From assembly GCA_937910235.1 (NCBI GenBank), contig CALENB010000254.1:9690-73689 (forward strand): 64,000 nucleotides of DNA, written 5' to 3'. A program made the position numbers and the translations under genes. A model generated the notes under the pieces. It ran no database searches and was not told where the DNA came from. It was given only the letters and a program-made list of their open reading frames with translations. The stretch comes from an uncultured Myxococcales bacterium (GTDB taxonomy: Bacteria; Myxococcota_A; UBA9042). Positions 7,993 to 17,762 of the stretch are shown here, one piece after another. The first letter of the stretch is position 1. Each line of letters begins with the position of its first letter.

Positions 7993-10596
7993 TCAGGAGG
8001 TGGCTGTCTTCTGCGCCTGCGCGTGGAGCCGGTACAGCAGGTCGAGCGCGGCGCGTGGCGTCAAAGTGTCCGGATCGAGCGTCCGCAGGTCCTCGATGAG
8101 CGCGATGGACTCCGGGGCGATCCTGGGCGCTGGCGAGGGCGGGCTGTCGAAGAAGCTCAGCTGCTGCGGTGGCTGGCCTGAGGGCACGGTGCGCGCGCCC
8201 CGCTCTAGCTCGGAGAGCACGCCTCTGGCCTGATCGATCACCGATTCGGGCAGCCCAGCGAGGCGCGCGACGGTGATGCCGTGAGAGCGATTGGTGGGGC
8301 CCGGCTGCAGGCTGTGCACAAAGACGATGTCGTCACCGTGCTCACGGACGGCGACATGCACGTTGTGCAGATGCGAGAGCGACCCCTCAAGCGCGGTCAG
8401 CTCGTGGTAGTGGGTCGCAAACATGCAGAGCGCGCCGGCGTCGTCGTGCAGCGACTCGACGACGGCCTGGGCGATCGCGAGGCCATCCCACGTCGAGGTG
8501 CCGCGCCCGATCTCGTCGAGCAGCACCAGCGTTCTCGGGGTGGCGTGGCTCAGAATTGCGGCGGTTTCGCGCATCTCGACCATGAACGTAGAGGCGCCTT
8601 CGGAGATGTCGTCGGACGCGCCGATGCGCGTCATGACGGCGTCGAGCACAGACAGGCGCGCGACTTCAGCGGGCACAAAACCGCCGGCCTGCGCCAGGAT
8701 GACGGCCAACGCCACCTGTCGCATGACCGTCGACTTGCCCGCCATGTTGGGGCCCGTGAGCAGCATGACGCGTGTGCCGTCGTGGCTCAGGTGCACATCG
8801 TTGGGCACAAAGGCGCGCGACTCCAGCATCTGCTCGACGACTGGATGCCGACAGGCGAGCAGCTCCAGACGGACGGGATCGTGATCAGGCCGCAGCTCCG
8901 GGCGGCAATAGTGATGCGTCACGGCGACGGCGGCGAACGAGGCGTGCACGTCGATCTCGGCGAGCGCGGCGGCGATGCGACGGAGGGCGCCGGAGCGATC
9001 GGAGAGCCACGCCGTCAATTGCAGAAAGATCTGGGATTCGAGGGCGACGCGCTGGTCACGGGCGGTGAGGAGGCGCTGCTCAAAGTCCGATAATTCGGGC
9101 GTTGTGTAGCGTTCGACGTGTTTGAGGGTCTGCACCCGGCGATAGTGCTCCGGCACAACGTGGCTGCGCGCGCGTGACACCTCGATGCCATAGCCGGCGA
9201 CGCGGTTGAACCGCACCTTGGTGGTGGCGATCCCCAACAACTCACGCTGCTGCAGGGTGAAGCGCTCGAGCCAACCGGTGCTGTGGTCGCAGAGCTCGAT
9301 CAGATCATCCAGGGCGCCGTTGACGCCAGGACGAATCACGCCGCCGTCGGACAGCTGGTTGTGGGGTTCGTCAGCCAACACCGCGCACAGCTGCGCGGCG
9401 ATCTCGGCGCCTTCATCGAAGGCGGCGACGAGGTTGGCGAGACGTGGGGCGACAGGGCCGAGCGGAGCCAACGCGGCGGCAAGATCGGGGAGGCGCAGCA
9501 GCGTTGTTCGCGCCGCGACGAGCTCGCGCGGGGTCACCAAGCCGACGGCGGCGCGCCCCACCATACGCGCCAGATCGGCGCTGCCGGTCAGCAGCGAGCG
9601 GACCTCATCACGTGCGCCGCCGAGCAAGGCCTCAACGGCGCCGTGGCGCGCGCGCAGGTCGTCACGGTCGGCCAGCGGCGCCAGCAACAGCCCTCGGAGG
9701 GCGCGCGCCCCCCCAGCGGTACAGGTCCGGTCCACCGCCGCCAGCAAGGCGCCCGCGCGCCGGCCGTGGCGGGAGGTCTCGAGCAGCTCCAGGTGGCCGA
9801 CAGCCTCGCGGTCAAGCCGCAAGTGCGTCAGGGCGTTGAGCGGCGCCGGTTGTCCGAGCAATCCGAGACTCGCCGGGCGAACCTCGGCGAGATACTCGCG
9901 CAGATAGCCAGCGGCGCAGCCCGCCGCGTCGTCTCGATGCGCCTTCTGGACCGCCGGTGGCACCGGGCGCACCGACCACAACGGCTCTCTGCCACCCGCC
10001 GCCGCTTCCAGCCAAGGCCGCACGACCTCGGGCAGCAGGATCTCACGCGGCTCCAGGCGCACCAGCAGCGTCGCCAACCCGGCGGCGTGGGCCACCTCTG
10101 CGACCCGCAGATCGCCGGTGCTGACCTCGGCGACGGCGACGCCCAGCCCACCGCCGCGCCGCGGCACCAGCGCGACGAGGTGGTTAGCGCGCTTGCCGTC
10201 GAGGGCTTCGGTCTCCAACACCACGCCAGGCGTGATCACCCGCGTGACGCCGCGCTTGACGCACCCCTTGGCGAATTTGGGATCCTCGAGCTGCTCGACC
10301 ACCGCCACGGAGCGGGACAACTCCAGCAGCTTCTGGAGGTAGCCGCTCATCGCGTGGTGGGGAAAGCCGCACATCGGGATCGGGCGCGCGTCGTTCTTGT
10401 TGCGCGACGTCAGCACCATGTCGAGCAGCGGCGCCGCTTCCAGCGCGTCCTCGAAAAACAGCTCATAGAAGTCGCCGAGCCGAAAAAAGACGATGGCGCC
10501 AGGATGGAGCCGCTTGGCGTCGATGAGCTGGCGCATCACCGGCGTGAGGGCGTCGTAGTCAGCGTCGGCGCTAACCAACCAATCGCGTTCGATCAT
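7993..10596 (-). CDS. mutS: DNA mismatch repair protein MutS
   Basis: ..TPVMRQLIDAKRLHPGAIVFFRLGDFYELFFEDA.., Walker A ..LLTGPNMAGKST.., ..LVLLDEIGRGTSTWDG... 867 aa. Confidence 0.95.
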   Translation of the reverse strand: MIERDWLVSADADYDALTPVMRQLIDAKRLHPGAIVFFRLGDFYELFFEDALEAAPLLDMVLTSRNKNDARPIPMCGFPHHAMSGYLQKLLELSRSVAVVEQLEDPKFAKGCVKRGVTRVITPGVVLETEALDGKRANHLVALVPRRGGGLGVAVAEVSTGDLRVAEVAHAAGLATLLVRLEPREILLPEVVRPWLEAAAGGREPLWSVRPVPPAVQKAHRDDAAGCAAGYLREYLAEVRPASLGLLGQPAPLNALTHLRLDREAVGHLELLETSRHGRRAGALLAAVDRTCTAGGARALRGLLLAPLADRDDLRARHGAVEALLGGARDEVRSLLTGSADLARMVGRAAVGLVTPRELVAARTTLLRLPDLAAALAPLGPVAPRLANLVAAFDEGAEIAAQLCAVLADEPHNQLSDGGVIRPGVNGALDDLIELCDHSTGWLERFTLQQRELLGIATTKVRFNRVAGYGIEVSRARSHVVPEHYRRVQTLKHVERYTTPELSDFEQRLLTARDQRVALESQIFLQLTAWLSDRSGALRRIAAALAEIDVHASFAAVAVTHHYCRPELRPDHDPVRLELLACRHPVVEQMLESRAFVPNDVHLSHDGTRVMLLTGPNMAGKSTVMRQVALAVILAQAGGFVPAEVARLSVLDAVMTRIGASDDISEGASTFMVEMRETAAILSHATPRTLVLLDEIGRGTSTWDGLAIAQAVVESLHDDAGALCMFATHYHELTALEGSLSHLHNVHVAVREHGDDIVFVHSLQPGPTNRSHGITVARLAGLPESVIDQARGVLSELERGARTVPSGQPPQQLSFFDSPPSPAPRIAPESIALIEDLRTLDPDTLTPRAALDLLYRLHAQAQKTATS

Positions 10597-10608
10597 CGAG
10601 GCAGCGTC

Positions 10609-11052
10609 CTAGGGTTCGCTGGTGCAGTGCAGCACCCGCACGATCGTTGGCCCGTTCTTCTCGGTGGCGCCGTCTGGCGCCGGGCAGGTGATCGCCTCTC
10701 TCCACTGCCACGCGGTGTCCGCACGCGCGATGAATTGGCCCGTGCCGCCGCGGGGAATCGTGGCGCACGTGCGGGTCTTGTCGCCTGGCTTCCAGATGTT
10801 GGGCTCGAGCTGACCGCCGATCAGGATCTCGACCAGCGCCACCTTTGAGCCACACGATTCGGGATCGACCTCGACCTGTAGGTCGCAGACTGACGTTGGG
10901 CACGTGCTGCCGACCGTCGCGGCACCGGCGGCGTCCTGACAGGCGCACGCGCCGAAGGGCAACGGGTCGATCGGCGCGACTGCGGTCGCGCAGCCCACGC
11001 AAACAAGCACGGCGACGGTCGCGGCAAAGAACGGCAGGACGCTGGTGGACAT
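10609..11052 (-). CDS. small Cys-containing lipoprotein, hypothetical
   Basis: MSTSVLPFFAATVAVLVCVGC.. is a signal peptide plus lipobox. Only this 3' part of the 501-aa ORF is credible; the rest is antisense to 11176..12240. Confidence 0.55.
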   Translation of the reverse strand: MSTSVLPFFAATVAVLVCVGCATAVAPIDPLPFGACACQDAAGAATVGSTCPTSVCDLQVEVDPESCGSKVALVEILIGGQLEPNIWKPGDKTRTCATIPRGGTGQFIARADTAWQWREAITCPAPDGATEKNGPTIVRVLHCTSEP

Positions 11053-11175
11053 AGGATTCACCCCGACAGGATGCGAACGACTGTGCGGTTGCGTCAACCA
11101 CGGTGCGTCAGGTTGCGCCCGTCTCCTGGCTGATGCAGGCTCCCTGCGCCGCTTTTCCACACCGAGAGTGCTTCG

Positions 11176-12240
11176 ATGATGTACCGAATTCTCGCGCTTT
11201 GTCTGGTCGCTGAGCTCTCCGCTTGTGGTGGCACGTTCAAGGTCGTCGAGGACAAACCACTGGCAGCGAAAGGCCCGAAAATCAAGGGTTTCATCGTCTT
11301 TCCGGTAGCGGACCTGACCCACGACGCCAAGACGATCGACGCTGCCGTGCGGGGCTCCGATGTGGCCGCGTGGTTGCTCGACCGCACCGAACAACCGGTG
11401 CTCGGCCTGCTCGACTTCAAGATCTTCAAGGTGCCAGATGACCTGCGGATCGCCAGCGTCGACACCAACCTCGCGACGCGTGACGACGGCCGACGCAAAG
11501 ACCTCAACGGCTGGATCGCGGTGTGGGTGCAAATCACAGAGAATCGCGCGACCAACATCCGCGACATCGTCGACGCGCGGAAGAAGGGCAAGAAAAACCA
11601 GTCGGTGTACCGAATTCACGGCGTGGAAGCGACGGTCCGGGTCGAGGTGCAGTTCCTCGATGCCATGCGAGGCACGCGCCTCGCCACGATCGTGATCAAG
11701 GATGTGGACGACCCAACCCAGATGCAGCTGAAGGGCGATCCGCGACCACGCGTGACGCAGCTCGTTCACAGAGCCCTGCGGATGGCGCTCGCCGAGGCGA
11801 AGGAGCGCATCGCCGCCGAGACCCCCACTCGCATCGTCCGCCGCGCCGGGACCAAGCCCAACGCCCCCGCGTTGGCCGGTTTCAGCACGCCCGACAAGCC
11901 CTCGCTCGCCGAGGTGTATGCGAAGAAGGGTGATATCGATCTGAAGATCGCGATCAGCACGCTCTGGAGCAGGCTCGCGCCAGATCTGGGTGTACGCGAC
12001 ACGTATTTCGCGACCAAGTACCCCGGCGTGCTGCTGACGGCCGACCGCGCGCCGTTGAAGCGTGGCGATGTCATCCTCTCTGTCGACGGCGTCACCGTGT
12101 TGGGCCGCTACCAACTCGACCGCGCCGTACGCGCGTGCAAGGGTCGACCGTGCAAGGTGAAGATCCAGCGCGCCTTCAAGTCACTGACGGTAGACGTCAT
12201 CTGGCTGCCGGTACCTCGCCCGGAAGCCGCTACGGACTGA
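11176..12240 (+). CDS. lipoprotein with C-terminal PDZ-like domain, hypothetical
   Basis: MMYRILALCLVAELSACGG is a lipobox. The C-terminus ..GVLLTADRAPLKRGDVILSVDGVTVLGRYQLDRAV.. is PDZ-like. Confidence 0.6.
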   Translation: MMYRILALCLVAELSACGGTFKVVEDKPLAAKGPKIKGFIVFPVADLTHDAKTIDAAVRGSDVAAWLLDRTEQPVLGLLDFKIFKVPDDLRIASVDTNLATRDDGRRKDLNGWIAVWVQITENRATNIRDIVDARKKGKKNQSVYRIHGVEATVRVEVQFLDAMRGTRLATIVIKDVDDPTQMQLKGDPRPRVTQLVHRALRMALAEAKERIAAETPTRIVRRAGTKPNAPALAGFSTPDKPSLAEVYAKKGDIDLKIAISTLWSRLAPDLGVRDTYFATKYPGVLLTADRAPLKRGDVILSVDGVTVLGRYQLDRAVRACKGRPCKVKIQRAFKSLTVDVIWLPVPRPEAATD

Positions 12241-12252
12241 CCGCGGGACGGT

Positions 12253-14490
12253 ATGAACGTGCGCACAGAAACGGATGTTGAGCGGCTCTGTGGCGAGCTG
12301 GGGCGTGTGCTGTGGTCCGATCCCAGCACAGGCTTCAGCATCGCGCGTTTGCGAATGGACGACGAGCGGGTCTGGGTCATCAAAGGGGATCTTGGCGGCT
12401 TGCAGAGCGGCGAGCGCATCGAGGTCGGTGGCCGGTTTGTGGAGGACAGTCGCTGGGGCCGCCAGTTTCGGGTGCAGACGGCGCGGCCGGTGCTCCCCAC
12501 CACCGCCGACGGAATCGCGCGCTACCTGGGTGCGATTGGCGTCCGTGGTGTGGGCAAGCGCACCGCTGAGCGCATCGTTGAGGCGCTCGGCGCGGAGACC
12601 CTGCAGATCATCGCGACGGAGCCGGAGCGCCTAGGCGAGGTCAAGGGGCTAGGAGCAACACGCCGCGCAGCGTTGGTCGAGACGTTGGGGCCGCGACTGC
12701 AGCGCGACGCGGCGCTGCTGTACCTGCATGGCCTTGGGCTGTCGCCTTGGCAGGTCCGACGCGTCTTGCAGACCTGGGGCGACAACGCGGTCCGCCATGT
12801 GCGCGCCAACCCCTACCGGCTCGCCGAGGTCGGCGGGCTCGGCTTTGCGGCGGCAGATGGCGTGGCGCGTGGTCTCGGCGTCGGCGAGGAGGCGGCAGAG
12901 CGGATCGACGCCGGCATCCTGCACGCCTTGGGTGTCCTGGCGCAGCGCGGCCACACCGCGCCCGCGAACACGCTCGTCGATGCCATCGCAGCGCAAGCGC
13001 TCCGGCTCGACGACCTCGCGATTGTCGGGCGTCGCGAGGCGCTCGTGCGCAGTGGCGCGCTGATGGCTGTGGGGGAATGTGTCGCCAGCGCGCAGCACGA
13101 TCGCGAGGAGCGTCGGCTCGCGGTGACGCTGCTGCGTCTGGCTGACAGCCGCGGCGCGACGCTGACGGATGGAGAACAGCAACGACGTCTCACCCTGGCC
13201 GCGGAAGCCCTGGGTTTCCCGCTTGAAGGCGCGCAACGCGCTGCGGTGCAGGCGACGCTGACCGGCGGCCTGTTGGTCGTCACCGGCGGGCCGGGCACTG
13301 GCAAGACCACCCTGATCCAGGGGGTGCTCGCGGCGAGTGAACCCGACGGCCTGCGGGTCGCGTTGGCCGCGCCAACGGGACGGGCGGCGCGGCGACTCGG
13401 AGAGGCCACAGGGCACGACGCGGTGACGGTCCACCGTTTGCTTGAGGTGGACCCGCACACCTTGAAGTTTAATCGCAACGCCGAGCAGCCTCTCGAGTTC
13501 GACTTGGTGATCATCGACGAGAGCTCGATGCTCGACGTACGGCTGGCGCGCTGCCTCTGCGAAGCCGTGCCGCTGGGCGGGCGGCTGCTGCTGGTCGGTG
13601 ATGTCGACCAGCTGCCGAGCGTAGGCCCGGGCGCGGTGCTGCAGGACCTGATCGACTCCGAGCGCTGCGCGGTGGTGCGCCTGGAGGTGGTGCATCGCCA
13701 AGCGGCGCGCTCGAGCATCGTCCACAACGCCCATCGCGTCCGGCGCGGGCAGATGCCGATCAGCGACGGCGCCGACTCAGACGGCGACTTCTTCTTGATC
13801 GCCCGCGACGACCCCGAGCGCATCGTGAGCACGGTGGTGGAGGTCGTGCAACGGCGGCTGCCGCAACGCTATGGCTTCGATCCACTGCAGGACATTCAAG
13901 TGCTGGTGCCTGTCCACCGTGGCGCGGTCGGGACGGAGGCGCTCAACACCGCGCTGCGGACCGCGTTGGTGCCCAATGGGGCCGTGCTTCGTGGCGCAGT
14001 CGGACGCCGCGGGGCGGTGGGCGTCAACGCCGGAGTGAACGGTGGCCACAGCCTGCGCGCCGGGGAGAAGGTCATTCAACTGCGGAACAACTACGACCTG
14101 GAGGTCTTCAACGGCGACATCGGCCGAGTCGTCGGCGAGCGCGAAGGCGGCGGGCTGGAGGTGCGGTTCGGCGATCGGGCGGTTGATGTCCCGGCCGACG
14201 CGATGGTGGACCTGCGCCCGGCCTACGCGATCACGGTGCACAAGTCTCAGGGCAGCGAGTACGATGCCGTGGTGCTGGTGTTGCACCCGCAGCATCATCT
14301 TCTCCTGCAACGGAACCTCGTGTACACGGCGCTCACCCGCGCGCGACGATTTTGCGTGATCATCGGGTCCATGGACGCGCTCGATCGCGCCGTGCGCAAC
14401 GCCACGCCGCAGCAACGGATGACGCAACTGAGGGGTCTACTGTGCAGCACAGAACGCAGCAGGGAACGGGGCAGCAAGGACCAGTCGTGA
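12253..14490 (+). CDS. recD2: RecD2-type SF1B ATP-dependent DNA helicase
   Basis: Walker A ..VVTGGPGTGKTT.., ..LVIIDESSMLD.., ..LLLVGDVDQLPSVGPG.., ..AITVHKSQGSEYDAVVLV.., ..LVYTALTRAR... Confidence 0.9.
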   Translation: MNVRTETDVERLCGELGRVLWSDPSTGFSIARLRMDDERVWVIKGDLGGLQSGERIEVGGRFVEDSRWGRQFRVQTARPVLPTTADGIARYLGAIGVRGVGKRTAERIVEALGAETLQIIATEPERLGEVKGLGATRRAALVETLGPRLQRDAALLYLHGLGLSPWQVRRVLQTWGDNAVRHVRANPYRLAEVGGLGFAAADGVARGLGVGEEAAERIDAGILHALGVLAQRGHTAPANTLVDAIAAQALRLDDLAIVGRREALVRSGALMAVGECVASAQHDREERRLAVTLLRLADSRGATLTDGEQQRRLTLAAEALGFPLEGAQRAAVQATLTGGLLVVTGGPGTGKTTLIQGVLAASEPDGLRVALAAPTGRAARRLGEATGHDAVTVHRLLEVDPHTLKFNRNAEQPLEFDLVIIDESSMLDVRLARCLCEAVPLGGRLLLVGDVDQLPSVGPGAVLQDLIDSERCAVVRLEVVHRQAARSSIVHNAHRVRRGQMPISDGADSDGDFFLIARDDPERIVSTVVEVVQRRLPQRYGFDPLQDIQVLVPVHRGAVGTEALNTALRTALVPNGAVLRGAVGRRGAVGVNAGVNGGHSLRAGEKVIQLRNNYDLEVFNGDIGRVVGEREGGGLEVRFGDRAVDVPADAMVDLRPAYAITVHKSQGSEYDAVVLVLHPQHHLLLQRNLVYTALTRARRFCVIIGSMDALDRAVRNATPQQRMTQLRGLLCSTERSRERGSKDQS

Positions 14491-16685
14491 ACACACCGGA
14501 GCATGGCGCCATCGTGCTGATCCACACCGACGACGGGCTCGTGACGGCGCGCGTGGTACGCGGCAAGCGGGATCAGATCCGAGTCGAGACGTCGGCCGGC
14601 ACCCGGGAGCTCGACGGCCGCGAACGGTGGCAGGCGCTGCCGCTGCGCGCGCCCACGCTGCAGGCGGCGCATGCCCTCGTCGCCGCGCTTCGCGCTCGCG
14701 TTTCCAGCGCCGAGCTCGGCCTGCTGCTCGACGCGCTCGAGGGCCAAGACACCACCGTCGGCACACTGTCAGATGCGTTGCTTGGCGCGATTGGGCCGGA
14801 AGATCGGGCGGCGACGCTCATCGCGCTGCTCGACGAAGACGGTCGCGTGGCGGTGCAGGGTCACGACGTGCGCACGCGCAGCGCGGTGGAGCGGGCTGAG
14901 CACGCTGCGCGTCGCGGTGCCGCGCGCGAGGCCGCGGCCTGTCTCACCGAGCTGACCCAGGCGCGCACGGCGGTCCTCACCTACGGACGTTTCGACGGCA
15001 CGCCGAGCCCTGCGCTCGTCGCGCTGCTCGAAGGCATGGCGACGGGTCGGCCCGCACCGACGGCGACCTGGGAGCAAGCGCTGCTCGGTCGCGCCAGCAT
15101 CGGCGCCGCGACGTCGACCCGCCGCACCTTGGCGGCGGGGGCCGCGCGCGCGCTGGCCGATCTCAAGATCTGGGATGGCCACGAAGACCTCGCGTTGCTG
15201 CGCTCTGGGCTGCTCGCGCCATGGCCCGCGTCGGCGGACGTTGGGCTCGCGTCCGCGCCGAATCTAGCGACGCGCGCGACGGCCACGACGACGGTCAGAT
15301 TTGGCGCGGTGCAGGCCCAGGCGACGCCTCTGCATGAGACGCCCCTGCATGCGACGCCGTGCCAAGCGACACCCCTGCTGGCGACGCCCAGCGGTGAGCC
15401 CCAGAACCCGACGACAAAGTCCCATGACAGCGCGGACATGACGCGGTGTGACCTGCCCTTTCGCGCCATCGACAGCGTCGATCCTGACGAGGTCGACGAC
15501 GCCCTCTGGGCTGAGCGAGTCGGCGACGACGTGCGTCTGGTGGTGGCGTTCGCCAGCCCCTCGCTCTGGATCGCGCCGCGCTCGCCAGCCGATCTCGAGG
15601 CGCGGCGGCGAGGTGTGACGCTGTACCACCCCCGCCATCTCGGGCGCATGTTGCCGGCCGGGTTGCTGGAGCAGAGCTCGCTCACCGTCGGCGCGATGCG
15701 GCCGGCGCTGATCTGCGAGCTGCTCATCACGCCGGACGGCAGCTGTGCGCTGGTGCGCCTGCACGAAGCCCGGATCGAGCTGGCCGAGGCGCTGGTGTAC
15801 GACGACGTGCAGGTCCTTCTGGACGCGGCCGGCCACTCGGGCGCGCGGCACGACGGCACGCCTGCGGCAGCGACCGGCGAGGGGGCGGCGCCGCTGCCGG
15901 ACTGGTTGGACGCCCTTCGCGAAGCGACCGAGCGCGGCGAGGCGGCGCGCATCCGGGCGGGCGGCTACCTCCTGTATCGGCCGGACATCGAGGTGCGCGC
16001 GCCAGCCCATGTGCCTGCGACGCTGCGACCGGCGCCACAATCGAGTCTGGCCCGAAGGTTGGTCGCCGAGGCGATGGTGCAAGCCTGCGCAGCGGTCGGC
16101 GTGTACATGCGCGCCGAGGGGCTGCCCCTGCCCTACCGCACGCAGCAGATTCGGCGCGATCCGCCGCTTGAGCCGGGCTTCTACGTCGAGCCGGCCGACG
16201 TGCAGAGCATGCTCGGCCACCTAGGCCCAGCGCAGACCAGCGCCCGACCGGGCCGACACGATATCCTCGGCGTAGACAGTTACGTCCAGATCAGCTCGCC
16301 GCTGCGCCGCTACCCCGACCTGCTGGCACATTATCAACTCATCGCCTGGCTGCGTGGCCAAAGGCCGCCCTTCGACCGCGGCCAGATCGACACGGCGCTG
16401 GGCGGTCAGCGCGCCGCGGTGCGGGAACGACGCGCGGCGGGACAGCGAGGCCAGCGCTACTTCCAGCTGCTCGACCTCGCGCGCGAAGGGCTTGGCGCCA
16501 AGCTGCGCGCCCAGGTCATCCGCGCCGGCGGGCCCCAAGGCCGCAGCATCGCGTTTGATTCGCAGCGGGTGCTTCAGATCGACCTGCCGTCCTACCTAGC
16601 CCCAGTCGGCGCGTGGCTCGACCTGGAGGTGGTGGCGGTCGACGCGGCGGACGGCAAGCTGGAAGTCCGCGCGGTCAACGGATAG
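14487..16685 (+). CDS. RNB-domain exoribonuclease (RNase II/R family) with a non-canonical N-terminal region
   Basis: ..FRAIDSVDPDEVDDALWAE.. (RNB motif I, DxxDxDDA), ..VTLYHPRHLGRMLP.., ..QISSPLRRYPDLLAHYQL... The GTG at 14487 overlaps the recD2 stop (GTGA); the ORF track start at 14352 lies inside recD2. Confidence 0.8.
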   Translation: MNTPEHGAIVLIHTDDGLVTARVVRGKRDQIRVETSAGTRELDGRERWQALPLRAPTLQAAHALVAALRARVSSAELGLLLDALEGQDTTVGTLSDALLGAIGPEDRAATLIALLDEDGRVAVQGHDVRTRSAVERAEHAARRGAAREAAACLTELTQARTAVLTYGRFDGTPSPALVALLEGMATGRPAPTATWEQALLGRASIGAATSTRRTLAAGAARALADLKIWDGHEDLALLRSGLLAPWPASADVGLASAPNLATRATATTTVRFGAVQAQATPLHETPLHATPCQATPLLATPSGEPQNPTTKSHDSADMTRCDLPFRAIDSVDPDEVDDALWAERVGDDVRLVVAFASPSLWIAPRSPADLEARRRGVTLYHPRHLGRMLPAGLLEQSSLTVGAMRPALICELLITPDGSCALVRLHEARIELAEALVYDDVQVLLDAAGHSGARHDGTPAAATGEGAAPLPDWLDALREATERGEAARIRAGGYLLYRPDIEVRAPAHVPATLRPAPQSSLARRLVAEAMVQACAAVGVYMRAEGLPLPYRTQQIRRDPPLEPGFYVEPADVQSMLGHLGPAQTSARPGRHDILGVDSYVQISSPLRRYPDLLAHYQLIAWLRGQRPPFDRGQIDTALGGQRAAVRERRAAGQRGQRYFQLLDLAREGLGAKLRAQVIRAGGPQGRSIAFDSQRVLQIDLPSYLAPVGAWLDLEVVAVDAADGKLEVRAVNG

Positions 16686-16813
16686 GTCCCGACGTGTAGG
16701 TCTCAACGTGACGTGTCGGTCGCCACAGGCAGGGCGATGGCGCGTTGCCGGGGCGGCGCGGGGCAGGCTATAATCCGGTGGCCGCACAAGGTGCGACGCT
16801 GTGGAGGTCCAGG

Positions 16814-17428
16814 GTGAGCGCGGAAGGCTTGAAAAACACGCATGGCGCTGAGCAGGAGCCCGCGTTTCAGGCGCTAGCCCCCGGCATGCTGATCGCGGTG
16901 CCGTCGCTCGCCGACCCCTTCTTCGCCAAGACGGTGATTCTGCTCGTGGACAGCGATCACGATGGCAGCTTCGGTGTCGTCTTGAACCGGCTCGCGCCCG
17001 TTGACATGGGCACGCTGCTGGACGGCGCCGGCCTCGCATCGCCGATGAACCTGCGTGAAGATCCCGTCTGGTGGGGCGGCCCGGTTCAGCCAGAGGCCGG
17101 CATGGTGCTCTACCTCGAAGAGGACGACCTACCCGAGTACGAGCCGAGCGTGACGATCGCAACCGGACTCCGAGTGTCTTGGTCCATGGCGCTCCTGCAG
17201 GACATCTCGGAGAGTCGCGGCCCGAGCATTTACTCGCTGTTTCTCGGCCGCGCGGCGTGGTCGTCGGGTCAACTCGAAGGGGAGCTGGAGCAGGGCAGCT
17301 GGCTACCGGTCGACCTGAACCGAGCGCTGCTCTTCGCCCGCACCGGCGACGAGAGTTGGGGACGCGCTTTGGACCATCTCGGCGTGAACCCTCAGGACAT
17401 CGCGTCTGGCAGCCCAGCCCAAGCGTAG
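16814..17428 (+). CDS. YqgE/AlgH family protein (UPF0301)
   Basis: ..GMLIAVPSLADPFFAKTVILLVDSDHDGSFGVVLNRL.. is the family signature. GGAGG lies 6 nt before the GTG at 16814. Confidence 0.8.
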   Translation: MSAEGLKNTHGAEQEPAFQALAPGMLIAVPSLADPFFAKTVILLVDSDHDGSFGVVLNRLAPVDMGTLLDGAGLASPMNLREDPVWWGGPVQPEAGMVLYLEEDDLPEYEPSVTIATGLRVSWSMALLQDISESRGPSIYSLFLGRAAWSSGQLEGELEQGSWLPVDLNRALLFARTGDESWGRALDHLGVNPQDIASGSPAQA

Positions 17429-17762
17429 CCGGCCTGCCAGATCTCGCTCGCCGTCTCGGCCCGCGGACAATCGGCCTAGTTCAACCGAGTATGGGCATCA
17501 TTCCGACGAGCTCGGGGAATAGACGGGGGTCGTCATGAACTTTCTGCGGGACATTGCCATCGAATTCCGGTAGACGGTGCCGCGACAGCCAGTCTCGAAC
17601 GATCTTCGCCCAGGCGCAGGTCACCCCGAACGTAAGGTCATCCAGGAGGACTGGCACGCGGCGCCTGGGAGCAGACCTCTCGTGCCAAACGCTTGTATTG
17701 CCGCGTCCCCCCGATCCACGCCCGGTCCAGTTCGCCCAGGGGCGATGCGGCCGCGCCCGGAG

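Noticed and set aside
10609-12114. 501-aa minus-strand ORF
   Set aside because: Its 5' two-thirds are antisense to the well-formed lipoprotein/PDZ gene 11176..12240 and translate to Arg/Gly/Asp-rich shadow sequence. Only the 3' 444 nt (10609..11052, own ATG and lipobox) were kept.
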